A stretch of 64,000 nt of DNA from an uncultured Nitrososphaeraceae archaeon (GTDB taxonomy: Archaea; Thermoproteota; Nitrososphaeria; Nitrososphaerales; Nitrososphaeraceae): contig CAVSMN010000013.1 of assembly GCA_963729045.1 (NCBI GenBank), positions 43,642-107,641 of the forward strand, written 5' to 3'. Shown here piece after piece: positions 21,256-31,260 of the stretch (positions are counted from its first letter, which is position 1; each line of letters begins with the position of its first letter). A program made the position numbers and the translations under genes. The notes beneath the pieces were generated by a model. The model saw nothing but the letters and a program-made list of their open reading frames with translations, was not told the DNA's origin and did no database searches.

Positions 21256-22641
21256 TTATCTTATTGATGTTTTTTCCAATACAAAATTACCATCAATCAT
21301 AACTGCTTTTAGTTGTCTCTCAGTGCATCTGTGTACTATTGACATGTGGGGATCATGAATCGGATATAGATCTAAATCGTATTTATCAATAAAAAGCAAA
21401 TCTGCCTGAAATCCCTTTTCAATACTTCCGATATTTAAGTTAAAAATTTTACCGCCATTTATTGTAGCCATTTTTAGCACCTTCCTTGCATCTAGAAATC
21501 TAGTATTCCTTTCAACAGCTCTTTGACTCTTTATGAGAAAATCCATTTCTCTAAACATGTCCGGAGAATTAAGCATAACATTATCTGTTCCGATACCTAA
21601 TTCAAAATTATATTCTAACATTTTTCGTAATGGTACAAAACCTGTTCCAAGCACTCCATTGGCTCTCGGGCAAATGACTATTTTCTTTTTGTTCTGATAT
21701 AATAATTGCAGGTCTGAGTTCGATGGATTGGTAACATGAATATATATGTCAGGGTTTAACGTATTAACGGTTCTTTCAATTTCAGTCTTTTTGTACTTTT
21801 TTACAGATTCCATTACTGCTGTTTCGGCCTCCGCAGCATGTATTGCTACCACTGGATTCTTCCTATGACTTTTCAATTCAGTTTGACCCTGACCTTGACC
21901 TTCTTCATATTTCATAATTATTTTATTATACAGCCGTAACATTTCATCAGTATTTTCGTTTGCACCACTAATGCCAAAGCCATCACAATTCTCAATTATT
22001 TTACTACCCTGATTAATAATATGGTTTTCTTCTATCCGGTTCGGGTTTCCTAAAGTTTTACTCTTTGACCCGATATCTTTACCATTTTCAAGAAATCTAG
22101 TGGTAGTACCCGTTTCCTCATAATTCACATTAAAATCAATTCTTCCCAGTATGATCTTCTTTATAGGTATATTTTCTAAAGCATTTTGTATGAGGGTTAT
22201 TCCTTCTAGTCCTCCTTCCCTGAAATCCACAAAGGTAGTTATTCCCTTATGTAGCATTGACATTGCTGCATTTCTAATCATTTGCATTAACTGAGAACTT
22301 GGAGTTCTTTCGAGTATTGTCTTCTTAATACCATACTGTGGATGTATTCTTTGATTTAAATCCGAACTAGCTGAGACGTCTTTTCCTATGGCGTCTCCTA
22401 TATGAACATGAGAATTTATTAATCCTGGGAGGAGAATAAAACCTTCTGCATCAATAATGTCTATTTTATTATCCTTATTGACTGAATTGTTTATTACATT
22501 GCCTTTTTTTTCTGTATTTTTTTTGGATGTGAATACATCTTCAATCGTTCCATCTTCATTAATTAGTATAGATCCATTCTGAACTATTTGAAGTTCCTTA
22601 CCAAACAAAATGTACGCATTTTTTATTAATGATTTTTTCAA
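21256..22641 (-). CDS. Amidohydrolase-superfamily (deaminase-like) protein
   Basis: LPGLINSHVHIGD, IHAAE, GIGTDN metal-binding motifs. Confidence 0.85.
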   Translation of the reverse strand: MKKSLIKNAYILFGKELQIVQNGSILINEDGTIEDVFTSKKNTEKKGNVINNSVNKDNKIDIIDAEGFILLPGLINSHVHIGDAIGKDVSASSDLNQRIHPQYGIKKTILERTPSSQLMQMIRNAAMSMLHKGITTFVDFREGGLEGITLIQNALENIPIKKIILGRIDFNVNYEETGTTTRFLENGKDIGSKSKTLGNPNRIEENHIINQGSKIIENCDGFGISGANENTDEMLRLYNKIIMKYEEGQGQGQTELKSHRKNPVVAIHAAEAETAVMESVKKYKKTEIERTVNTLNPDIYIHVTNPSNSDLQLLYQNKKKIVICPRANGVLGTGFVPLRKMLEYNFELGIGTDNVMLNSPDMFREMDFLIKSQRAVERNTRFLDARKVLKMATINGGKIFNLNIGSIEKGFQADLLFIDKYDLDLYPIHDPHMSIVHRCTERQLKAVMIDGNFVLEKTSIR

Positions 22642-23435
22642 TTCGATTCAAAAACATTAATTATTTTTCCGCTTCTTCTGTAGGCTCTTATTGAATCAAG
22701 TGATTTGGTTGCTTCCTCTGCAGCTTTTCTTGCGTTAATGCCATTTCCTATACCGCAATTCAGCTTGATTCCAGTTGAATTTATTAAAAAATTAACTATT
22801 TCTGCTATTTTTTTTATTTGGATATCATTTTTTGCAACAATCATAAAATTATCTCCTCCCAAAAAGAAAGTCAAACTTTCTTCCTTGAGGAATGAATCTG
22901 ATATTGCCAAATAAAGTCTCATTATTAAATTTGTGATTTCGTAGGTTGAAAGATTTTTAGCTATCGAGGTAGAGCCATTGACGTCTATGTGTAATATTTT
23001 TAAGTTGTTATGGCCTCTTTGATTTTCTAATTCAATAGTTTGTTGGCCCTCTTGTACCTTGAAATTTTCTCGTATACCGTAAATATTTGGAAAGATCATG
23101 TTTTTTGCATCTCTTTTTATCTCATGTATTGCCTTGTCAGCTTCTAGTGGAGTTTTTCCAGTCCCTATCGTCATTGATATCTTTATGTTTTCATTTTTTT
23201 TTGAAACCCTGTCATGGATTTCTTTATGATCAGGTAAGCTAATTTCATTTGTAACTGCAATAAACTCATCAAATCGGTTAGAAAATACTAATCCGTTTTT
23301 AGCAGAAAAACATTCTTGAAGATCTGCATACATTTTTGACTGCAGAATTTGTAAAGCATATTCCCTGTCACTACCTAGGGTTAGAGTCCATGCACCATAA
23401 CCCTCTAATTTTATTACTGTTATTTGACAAACCAA
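22638..23435 (-). CDS. gch3: GTP cyclohydrolase III (IIa)
   Basis: YGAWTLTLGSDRE, RFDEFIA, FFLGGDNFM. Confidence 0.92.
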   Translation of the reverse strand: MVCQITVIKLEGYGAWTLTLGSDREYALQILQSKMYADLQECFSAKNGLVFSNRFDEFIAVTNEISLPDHKEIHDRVSKKNENIKISMTIGTGKTPLEADKAIHEIKRDAKNMIFPNIYGIRENFKVQEGQQTIELENQRGHNNLKILHIDVNGSTSIAKNLSTYEITNLIMRLYLAISDSFLKEESLTFFLGGDNFMIVAKNDIQIKKIAEIVNFLINSTGIKLNCGIGNGINARKAAEEATKSLDSIRAYRRSGKIINVFESN

Positions 23436-23436
23436 C

Positions 23437-23895
23437 CTAATCTACTATTTGTATATCGTTACTTTTCATTTTATTATTTCTTATTTTTCTTAGTCTCTTT
23501 CCCATCTCGATCGCGGTATAAACTGCATGATGAGATGTGGGAATTATTCTTGCTTCGGCCTGCTCAAATGTCATATCTGGCCCGGTGATCCCTAAGGATA
23601 TGGGTTTATCATATTTTAAAGAAAGTTCGCAAAGTAACTTGGCTGTGCTGTTAGCTATTACTCTGTCATGACTGGTATCACCTTTTATTATTGCCCCCAG
23701 GGTCACTACTGCATCAACATCCTTTTTTTTTAGAATCGCTTGTACTACAATAGGCATATCAAATACACCGGGAACAAAGCAAACGTAGGTTATTTTTGAT
23801 GAAAATTCCTTTGCATATTTCTTGGCCTCACTCAGCATAGCAAAGGTTATTTCATTATTAAATTCTGAAACAACAATCCCAATTCTTATTTTCAT
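23437..23895 (-). CDS. ribH: 6,7-dimethyl-8-ribityllumazine synthase
   Basis: IGIVVSEFN, VPGVFDMP, LGAIIKGDTSHD. Confidence 0.95.
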   Translation of the reverse strand: MKIRIGIVVSEFNNEITFAMLSEAKKYAKEFSSKITYVCFVPGVFDMPIVVQAILKKKDVDAVVTLGAIIKGDTSHDRVIANSTAKLLCELSLKYDKPISLGITGPDMTFEQAEARIIPTSHHAVYTAIEMGKRLRKIRNNKMKSNDIQIVD

Positions 23896-24605
23896 CTCTG
23901 TTTTTCGAATGATTCCGCATAGGTTATCAAATCTTTTGCCTCGATGATTACTAGATTGTTTTCCTTTGCATATTCGACTGCATCCTTATACGATAAGGCT
24001 TTGTAACTGTGGGGATCTAACATCTCACAAATAGTTGTGACGTTCGTCATATCAGCAATTTTAGTAAGAAAGATTGACATCTCTGTGTGTCCTTTTCTTT
24101 CATTGAGTAACCCTTTCGAAGAAATTAGAATAGGTACGTGTCCCGGTGTTCTAAAGTTGCTACGAAACTTTTCAATCGTTTCTTTCTGATCTTTCTGATA
24201 ATCACTCAAATCATTACAAATATTTGCTAGTGATGAAATGGTTAAAGCTCTGTCACGATCAGTTATTCCAGTGTAAGTGTTAATGTGGTTTAGCGTAACG
24301 GAAAAAGATGGTCTGTCACCATACGGTGAGCTGTTACTATTAATAGAAGAAATGGTTTGATTCGTGGGTCCAAAAATATTTAGTACATCGTAAATAAATG
24401 GCAACCCCAATTTTGTGGCTATCTCCTTTGATATTGCCGTGCAGATCAACCCTCCAGCATCCTTTCTCATTGTAGCAATGTGTTTCGGAGATATATTATT
24501 AGAAGATACGACCATGTCAACCTCGTCTTCACGACCATCATCATCATGAATTAAAACGAAATTTCCATTCTTTAACGAAGTTATGGCTTCAGATATCCTT
24601 GTCAA
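23892..24605 (-). CDS. ribB: 3,4-dihydroxy-2-butanone 4-phosphate synthase
   Basis: DDDGREDEVD, TGITDRDRA, FRTPGH, GHTE, ICEML. Confidence 0.95.
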   Translation of the reverse strand: MTRISEAITSLKNGNFVLIHDDDGREDEVDMVVSSNNISPKHIATMRKDAGGLICTAISKEIATKLGLPFIYDVLNIFGPTNQTISSINSNSSPYGDRPSFSVTLNHINTYTGITDRDRALTISSLANICNDLSDYQKDQKETIEKFRSNFRTPGHVPILISSKGLLNERKGHTEMSIFLTKIADMTNVTTICEMLDPHSYKALSYKDAVEYAKENNLVIIEAKDLITYAESFEKQR

Positions 24606-24628
24606 TTATATTTTTTTATACTTTAATG

Positions 24629-25285
24629 TTAATATATCTTACTATTTTTCTTGTTATTACCAGAAAATTGGTAGATATTTGATATATATCTTGATAGTAT
24701 GTCTACCTCAATGTTAACCGCATCGCCTTCCTTCTTGATTCCCAGTGTTGTGTTCTCCAAAGTATGAGGAATCAGTGCTATTTCAACGATACTCTTTCTA
24801 ACGGTTACGACAGTGAGACTTATTCCGTCTATTGCTATAGAGCCCTTTTGAGCAATAAGAGGCAATAAATCTTTATTTAATATTTCTATCTTAATTCTAC
24901 TTCCCAGGTTCCCTCTTTCTAATTTTTTGATTATGCCAATGCCATCGATGTGCCCTAGCACAAAGTGTCCTTCCAGTTTACCTCCAAGGCTTAGACTCCT
25001 TTCAACATTTACTTTGTCTCCTATCTTTAAATCAATAAAATTAGTTCTATTGATGGTTTCATCAATGACCTGAAAAGTGGCTTTGGAATGGTTTAACTTT
25101 GAAACAGTTAGACAAACTCCATTTATTGATACACTATCTCCAATTTTGATATCTTTTGGTTCTGGTAAAACTAGGGTAATTTCGGTGTGGTGATTCGCTT
25201 TAATATCGCTCTTCTTAGTCTTTTTACTTTTGTTTTTTTTAATGTTTTCAATTTCACCTAAATATTCTGTAATTCCGGTAAACAC
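24629..25285 (-). CDS. ribE: Riboflavin synthase, bacterial-type alpha chain
   Basis: N-terminal MFTGI, GDSVSINGVCLTV, GHFVLGHIDG, KGSIAIDGISLTV. Confidence 0.93.
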   Translation of the reverse strand: MFTGITEYLGEIENIKKNKSKKTKKSDIKANHHTEITLVLPEPKDIKIGDSVSINGVCLTVSKLNHSKATFQVIDETINRTNFIDLKIGDKVNVERSLSLGGKLEGHFVLGHIDGIGIIKKLERGNLGSRIKIEILNKDLLPLIAQKGSIAIDGISLTVVTVRKSIVEIALIPHTLENTTLGIKKEGDAVNIEVDILSRYISNIYQFSGNNKKNSKIY

Positions 25286-25361
25286 ACTTTGTAATAAACG
25301 AAAATATAATTTGAAGATTGTTGAAATCCATCAAATGTTGCTCCTGATAATTTATTTTCTC

Positions 25362-26237
25362 TTACATTGAGTCTAAAATTCTTCTGGCCTGTTTGTAATG
25401 GACCGCGTCTATCATCTTCCCTTCTAACTTTACTGCACCTGCATTAGTGTTTTTCGCGCTGTCTAAGGCTTGTACTACTTTTTTTGCCCATTCGATGTCC
25501 TGGTTTGAAGCATTAAATGCGTTGTGTACATGCTCAATTTGGGATGGATGAATAATACATTTTCCATTATAACCCATTTTTTTACCTAGGGCAAGATCTT
25601 TTATCAAACCGTTATGATCATGAATGTCTTGCCAGATGGAATCAATAGAGTCAATGCCTGCAGCTCTAGCATCTACAGGAACTTTTGCTCGACCATACAT
25701 GAAACCAGCAATGGTCTCCATATCCTGATTATCAATTTTCATGTCGTGTAAGAAATCAAAAATGCCAAATACCAAAGTAGTAATTCTCGGATCTGATTTA
25801 GCTATATTATACGCGTTAACTACTCCCAACGCAGATTCAATAGATGGAATTATTTTAATGATCCCTCTTTGAATGTTTTTTGCACTCTCTTCTTTTTCAA
25901 TTATTCTTGAAATTTCTGCTATTTGTCTGTCATCATCGACCTTTGGAATTACAATTGCATCAATCCCTGGGGTGATTATCTTTTTCAAATCTGTAACCAT
26001 CTGATCGGATGTTGGGGAATTGATTCTTACCGCCAGGATTCGCTCCTTGTTAGCATCATCAATCTTATTTATCTCTTGAATTGCTCTTCTTACACTTTCT
26101 CTTGCAATTTCTTTATCTTCTTGAGGTACAGAATCTTCTAAATCATAACAGATTATGTCCGAATTTATTGTTCTAGACTTTTCTAAAAATCTCTGATTAT
26201 TTCCAGGAATAAAAATTAGACTTCTTGATCTTCCCAC
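25362..26237 (-). CDS. HpcH/HpaI aldolase / CitE (citrate lyase beta, malyl-CoA lyase-like) family protein
   Basis: RSLIFIPGN, DLEDSV, IESALG, GK.IIHPSQI, GKMIDAVH. Confidence 0.88.
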   Translation of the reverse strand: MGRSRSLIFIPGNNQRFLEKSRTINSDIICYDLEDSVPQEDKEIARESVRRAIQEINKIDDANKERILAVRINSPTSDQMVTDLKKIITPGIDAIVIPKVDDDRQIAEISRIIEKEESAKNIQRGIIKIIPSIESALGVVNAYNIAKSDPRITTLVFGIFDFLHDMKIDNQDMETIAGFMYGRAKVPVDARAAGIDSIDSIWQDIHDHNGLIKDLALGKKMGYNGKCIIHPSQIEHVHNAFNASNQDIEWAKKVVQALDSAKNTNAGAVKLEGKMIDAVHYKQARRILDSM

Positions 26238-26272
26238 AATATACCTGTATTTACAGACTGGATATAAAAAAA

Positions 26273-27323
26273 TTAAAGTTTTTGGGGAGTGGTTAAGATC
26301 TTTCCTATTTGTTCGGCCCCAGCCATCATTACATGACCTTCCACCATATTTGAGAAAGGCAATGTAGTGGCAATAAGTGGCTTTATTTTATTTTTGCTTA
26401 ACCAATAAATGACCTGTTCTAATTCTGCTTTTGTCCCTTGAGTGGAACCAAGCAAGTTGGTACCTTTGAAGAATAAGAATCTCAAATCTAAGGTAGAATC
26501 ATAGCCTGTTGTAGCTCCTGTAGCAACGAGTGTGCCTCCCATTTTTAATAGGCCAACTTCTTGGGGGAAAACGTTTTTTCCAATGTGCTCAAACACCACA
26601 TCCACACCTTCCTTCTTGGTAATTTCTCTTACTTTTTTATACCAATCAGCCTCTCTATGATTTACAACGTTATCTGCGCCAAGTTCCAGACATTTATCCA
26701 TTTTTTGTTGATTTCCTGCTGTGGCAATGACATTACAATTATACAACTTTGCGATTTGTATGCCTGCCATGCCTACACCACTTGTTCCACCCATTATCAA
26801 TACCGTTTGACCTGGAATTATTCTTGCCCGTCCAACAAGCATGTGCCATGCTGTCATTCCTACCATTGAAATGGCAGCAGCATCCTCAAATGATACATTT
26901 TCTGGTAGTTTTGCCACATTTACTTCCGGTAGATGTGTATATTGAGCAAAACCTCCCCACAGCGGACCTGTTTGGAATCCCCATATGGTTCTCTCTTTAC
27001 AATCATACTCTCTTCCTGCTGTACATTGCTCACATATTCTACAACTCATATTAGAATGAGATACGACTCTGTCGCCAACCTTGAACTTTGTTACATCTTC
27101 TCCTATCTCAACTACTGTTCCTGCCTACATCACTTCCAGAAATGTGAGGAAGCGGTGTTTTAACCGGATCTCCCCATATTGCCCATAAATCGTTGTAATT
27201 ATATGATGCCGACTCAACTTTTATCAAAACTTCATTTGCTTTTATTTTTGGTACGTCGATGTCTTCAATTTTTACTACTTTAGTAGGATCTTTGTTATAT
27301 TCTCTAAAAACAGCTGCCTTCAT
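26273..27323 (-). CDS. Zinc-binding medium-chain dehydrogenase/reductase; +1 frameshift near 27125
   Basis: PHISGSDV continues as AGTVVEIG...VGDRV...CRICEQC after removing one G; GGTSGVG Rossmann motif. Confidence 0.85.
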
Positions 27324-27433
27324 GGGGAGAAGATATTCTAAAACCTTAATATAGTTAACTCAAAATCAAAGGTTACTAGATAATAACCCTTAAAACTTAA
27401 ACAAAAAATTTAAAATTTATTTCAAATCTTATC

Positions 27434-27727
27434 TTATCTTCTATTGATTTTAAAATCCCTTTTTGGTTGTTGAATTGTAGAAAGTATTTGTTTTAATTCA
27501 TCGTCTGTTATTGCTCTGTTTAATCTTCCAGTAGTAGCTGCATTTAATAGATAATTTTCAACAGCTGAAGCAAGCTCTGGCTTGACCATCTTTACATTCA
27601 TGAGTCTTTGCCTTGCCTCAACATCTAATAACATACCTAGGGCTTTTTGCTTCATTGCCTCAGCTTCAGCCTGTTGCCTTCTAATTTCATCGTCAGAAGG
27701 CTGATGAGATTGTGGGGGGCCAGACAT
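27434..27727 (-). CDS. PDCD5/TFAR19-like dsDNA-binding protein
   Basis: EARQRL.NVK.VKPELA..VE; usual position downstream of rps19e. Confidence 0.9.
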   Translation of the reverse strand: MSGPPQSHQPSDDEIRRQQAEAEAMKQKALGMLLDVEARQRLMNVKMVKPELASAVENYLLNAATTGRLNRAITDDELKQILSTIQQPKRDFKINRR

Positions 27728-27737
27728 GCTAGATCCT

Positions 27738-28190
27738 CTATGCGTATCTTTCTAAATCTTTATTAAGTTTAGATATCTCTTTAAAAATTTCAGTGGCTAG
27801 TCTGTCAACTCTTTTCATACCTTCGCTTGATATTGATCTACCTTTGCTCTTTTTTTCTACATATCCTGATGCCTCTAATTGTTGTAAGGCATTTCTAATG
27901 ATTGCGCCACCAGCATCTTTATGGTGATCTAAATTATAGCCAATTCTTTTTCTTCCTCCATAATAACTTTTTAAATCCGAAATTCCTATTGGGCCATGTA
28001 AGTACACCTTTCTTACTAAAGATGCACATCTAGTATACCACCAGTCTCTGTTTTGAGGAATTTTTTCTGCATGAGTGCCGGTTTTTACATAACTGGCCCA
28101 TTCTGGAGGATTTATTTTCTTATCTTTTTTAAGTTGATCTGATAATTTTGATATCAAGTCATCTGCTGGAACATCAAAAACCTTTGCCAT
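27738..28190 (-). CDS. rps19e: 30S ribosomal protein S19e
   Basis: PPEWASYVKTG, DWWYTRCAS, IIRNALQQLE. Confidence 0.97.
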   Translation of the reverse strand: MAKVFDVPADDLISKLSDQLKKDKKINPPEWASYVKTGTHAEKIPQNRDWWYTRCASLVRKVYLHGPIGISDLKSYYGGRKRIGYNLDHHKDAGGAIIRNALQQLEASGYVEKKSKGRSISSEGMKRVDRLATEIFKEISKLNKDLERYA

Positions 28191-28275
28191 TTAATATTAC
28201 AAATTTCTTTCATTAATTTTCCCTTATAATCCTTATTCTTTATCTTGTCATCTGTATGCCCAAATGAACAAAATA

Positions 28276-28584
28276 TCAGATTTGATTGGGTTTTTCAATA
28301 ATTTTTCTATAAGTGTGACCACATAATTTGCAGGTTATCCTTAAAGCCTTTGTATTCGATCTACCTATCCTAATGATTGAATCCCTACCTGGGATGATAA
28401 ATTTTTTACATTGCTTACAAAAAAGAAGCTTGTATTCAAAAGGTATTTTTAGTTTATACTTTAAGATAATTTTTTTAGCAATCACAATATGGTGGTCAGA
28501 GAATTCATCTCTAGAATATAGTGCTCTATCAATCAAAACCTTTACTCTTTGCATCGCTATTTGTTTTATAACGCTCTTCTTCAT
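28276..28584 (-). CDS. rnp4: Ribonuclease P protein component 4 (Rpp21)
   Basis: IA.QRV..L, FCKQC...IPG, ITCKLCG. Confidence 0.9.
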   Translation of the reverse strand: MKKSVIKQIAMQRVKVLIDRALYSRDEFSDHHIVIAKKIILKYKLKIPFEYKLLFCKQCKKFIIPGRDSIIRIGRSNTKALRITCKLCGHTYRKIIEKPNQI

Positions 28585-28601
28585 GACATACCTTTTTGTG
28601 A

Positions 28602-29351
28602 TTGACTTGCTGTTTGCATTATATATCTTTAAATAATAATTATTTCCCTTTAAATCAGTATCATTTGTTAAATTTGATCATAGCAGATACTTCTCTTGAA
28701 ATTATACCTATCAATGTTTTCAAGCATCCATCTCTTAAAAAAATTCGTAATAGTGGGAAAAAGCCCAAAGAAATCTTGTTAGATAGATCTCTTCACCATT
28801 TCGCTATGATGTCTGCTAAACTGGATGAGGATTATAAGAGGGGGAGACCAGATATCCTTCACATTGCTTTGCTTAATGCATTAGCCACGCCTCTATACAA
28901 ACGAAACCATCTTAGGGTGTTTATTCATACAGTTGATAATAACGTTATTTTAGTAGGGAATAATGTTAGGTTTCCCAAGTCTTATTTTCGATTTGAAGGT
29001 CTGATGTTAAATCTTTTTAGAGATAAGAAAATAATTTCAGAAGATGGGCAGTTATTATTGGATCTTCGACCTAATACTAATTTTGGAGATTTATTAAAGG
29101 TGTTTGTTAAACCTGAAATAGTATTGGGTTTTTCAATAACAGGTACCTATGAGAGCCTTGAATCGATAGGTGCTGATCTGGCATCATATACAAATGGATG
29201 TGTTGTTATTGGAGGCTTCCCAAAGGGACATTTCTCAAAAAACATTGAATCCTATTTTGACAAAAAGTTATCCGTATCAGACATGGGATTAGAATCCCAA
29301 ATAGTTATCTCTCGATTGTTATATGAATATGAAAAAAATATTCTAGTCTAA
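28602..29351 (+). CDS. nep1: 16S rRNA pseudouridine N1-methyltransferase Nep1 (true start probably somewhat downstream)
   Basis: LLDRSLH, RGRPDILH, RFPKSYFRFEGLM, IGGFPKGHF. Confidence 0.92.
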   Translation: MTCCLHYISLNNNYFPLNQYHLLNLIIADTSLEIIPINVFKHPSLKKIRNSGKKPKEILLDRSLHHFAMMSAKLDEDYKRGRPDILHIALLNALATPLYKRNHLRVFIHTVDNNVILVGNNVRFPKSYFRFEGLMLNLFRDKKIISEDGQLLLDLRPNTNFGDLLKVFVKPEIVLGFSITGTYESLESIGADLASYTNGCVVIGGFPKGHFSKNIESYFDKKLSVSDMGLESQIVISRLLYEYEKNILV

Positions 29352-29365
29352 AAAAATTAATGGGC

Positions 29366-29488
29366 TTATCTTGCCCTTCTGGCCATCGATGCTAATGCAT
29401 AAATTAGACCAATCCCTAAACCGACTGCTAACGGTACCCAAACTCCAAAAGCTTCAGGGTTTATCACAACTTGTAAGAACTGCAACAT
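29366..29488 (-). CDS. 40-aa single-TM small protein (not in the ORF track)
   Basis: MLQFLQVVINPEAFGVWVPLAVGLGIGLIYALASMARRAR*; TATA-like cttatata about 23-30 nt upstream. Confidence 0.65.
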   Translation of the reverse strand: MLQFLQVVINPEAFGVWVPLAVGLGIGLIYALASMARRAR

Positions 29489-29694
29489 TGAGGGTTATAG
29501 ATCATGGATGTATATAAGGTTTGTATTGCCTTATTTTTTATTCTAAATACGACATTATTGAATAAAAAACAATCGATTACTATGATATTATATTTTTGTA
29601 AATCGATATAATATTATCATATTCTTACGAAATCGTGGATTCTAGTGGACTATGTATATTTACTTTAAATTACCCTCTCGAACTGATTTTATAT

Positions 29695-29973
29695 ATGAAG
29701 ATGCAGAAAGAGCTGCGCAAATTTTGTCCGAAATGTAAAACTCATACTACTCAAGCTGTTTCTACTTATAAAAAAGGTAAAGATAGAAAGGGTGCTCAGG
29801 GTGCCAGGCGCCACGCAGAAGATAAAAAGGGCTATGGTGGTCAAAAATTCCCTGAATTAAAAAGGACCGCTAAAACTACTAAAAAAGTAACCCTGAAATA
29901 TACTTGCAAAACTTGTCAAAGAAAGACGATGAAACAAGGAATGCGAATTAGGAAATTGGAGATCCAGGCTTAG
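29695..29973 (+). CDS. rpl44e: 50S ribosomal protein L44e
   Basis: FCPKCKTHT, GYGGQK, K.TKK..L...C..C. Confidence 0.97.
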   Translation: MKMQKELRKFCPKCKTHTTQAVSTYKKGKDRKGAQGARRHAEDKKGYGGQKFPELKRTAKTTKKVTLKYTCKTCQRKTMKQGMRIRKLEIQA

Positions 29974-29982
29974 TTGGAGTGA

Positions 29983-30186
29983 ATGATTGTGAAAAAACAT
30001 AACATTATGATCCCAAAACCTCGTAGTCACTTTGTAAAAGTTGAATGTGATTCATGCAAAAATATCAAAGTCTTGTATACTTTCGGTACAAAACCTATTT
30101 CATGTCCATCTTGTAATGCTGAACTTTTGGTAAATACCGGTGGCCAGGCTAAAATACTTGGCAATATCCTAGAAACCTTGGATTAA
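29983..30186 (+). CDS. rps27e: 30S ribosomal protein S27e
   Basis: PRSHFVKVECDSC...CPSC...TGG.A. Confidence 0.95.
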   Translation: MIVKKHNIMIPKPRSHFVKVECDSCKNIKVLYTFGTKPISCPSCNAELLVNTGGQAKILGNILETLD

Positions 30187-30212
30187 TCATTTCTTGATTA
30201 TGGCTTCACATC

Positions 30213-30887
30213 CTACAATCCAATAAATTTTTCTGCTTTTTTCAAGTCGTCAACCGTGTTAATATTATAAACTAATTCCAGATTACTCATGATCACTGGT
30301 ACTTCTTTGATTTGGTCTATATGCTCCAATCCGGCAATAGTGTGAAAGTCTAATATCGAAATCCCCGTATAACAATAATCAACTTTACTAATTTCTGTTA
30401 CGAAAGTTGAGGGAACGAAATTGTTCTGAATAAACATTTTCTTGTCTACAACTATTGCAATACTAGGACTACTCTGATACAAATCTGTAATTTCGTCTAA
30501 GGTTTTAGATGATATCAAGGGAAGATCGGTAGGTAAAAACAAAATTTTATTATTAGCAAAATCTTGAATTCCATTTTCCCCTTTGTTTTCTTTATCTTTG
30601 AAGAATTGGAGTACAATTAGGTAATCATTTGAAAATCCGCTACCAGTTGTCTCTATCAGTGTTATATCATTACAGTATCTGCTTTTTAGGAACTCTTTGG
30701 TTTTTACTGCATTCTTACTCACTGCAGCATATATCTTAAAATTCTTTTTTGAATTCTGTACCGCCTCTATCATGTATTCTATCAGTGATTTATTCTTCAA
30801 TTCTAAGAGGGGTTTTTCTACTTTGACTGTTGGATCTGTATTCAGTCTACTTCCTTTTCCTCCACACATTAGAACACAACTAATCAT
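30213..30887 (-). CDS. cobY: GTP:adenosylcobinamide-phosphate guanylyltransferase
   Basis: MCGGKGSRL, EKPLL, DLPLI, NINT..DL; downstream of cobS. Confidence 0.82.
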   Translation of the reverse strand: MISCVLMCGGKGSRLNTDPTVKVEKPLLELKNKSLIEYMIEAVQNSKKNFKIYAAVSKNAVKTKEFLKSRYCNDITLIETTGSGFSNDYLIVLQFFKDKENKGENGIQDFANNKILFLPTDLPLISSKTLDEITDLYQSSPSIAIVVDKKMFIQNNFVPSTFVTEISKVDYCYTGISILDFHTIAGLEHIDQIKEVPVIMSNLELVYNINTVDDLKKAEKFIGL

Positions 30888-31260
30888 TTCTCTCTTTTTG
30901 TCAATTTGATTTTGTTAATTTAACAACTAATAAAATTTGCTCCTTAATTATGACATTCTTTAATTGATTTCCTAGTGAATTTTATTATTCTTATTATCTT
31001 GCTATTTGTTCAAATTGCTAATCTAAATGTTCATAAATCCATCATCAATCAATCAATCAATCAACTTATTTCATTTTTAGTTTCGCAAAATTACCACTTC
31101 ATGCCTATCCAGATTCGATAGACTGTAGTTGATTTGAATATCACCTATCTACATGTCTTTACTACATCAAATTTAATAAGATAAATATTGGCTAAAGGTT
31201 CATTCTTTTATTTTTTCAATCTGCCTGTAATTTGCTCATTACAAAAACAAGATTGAACTT

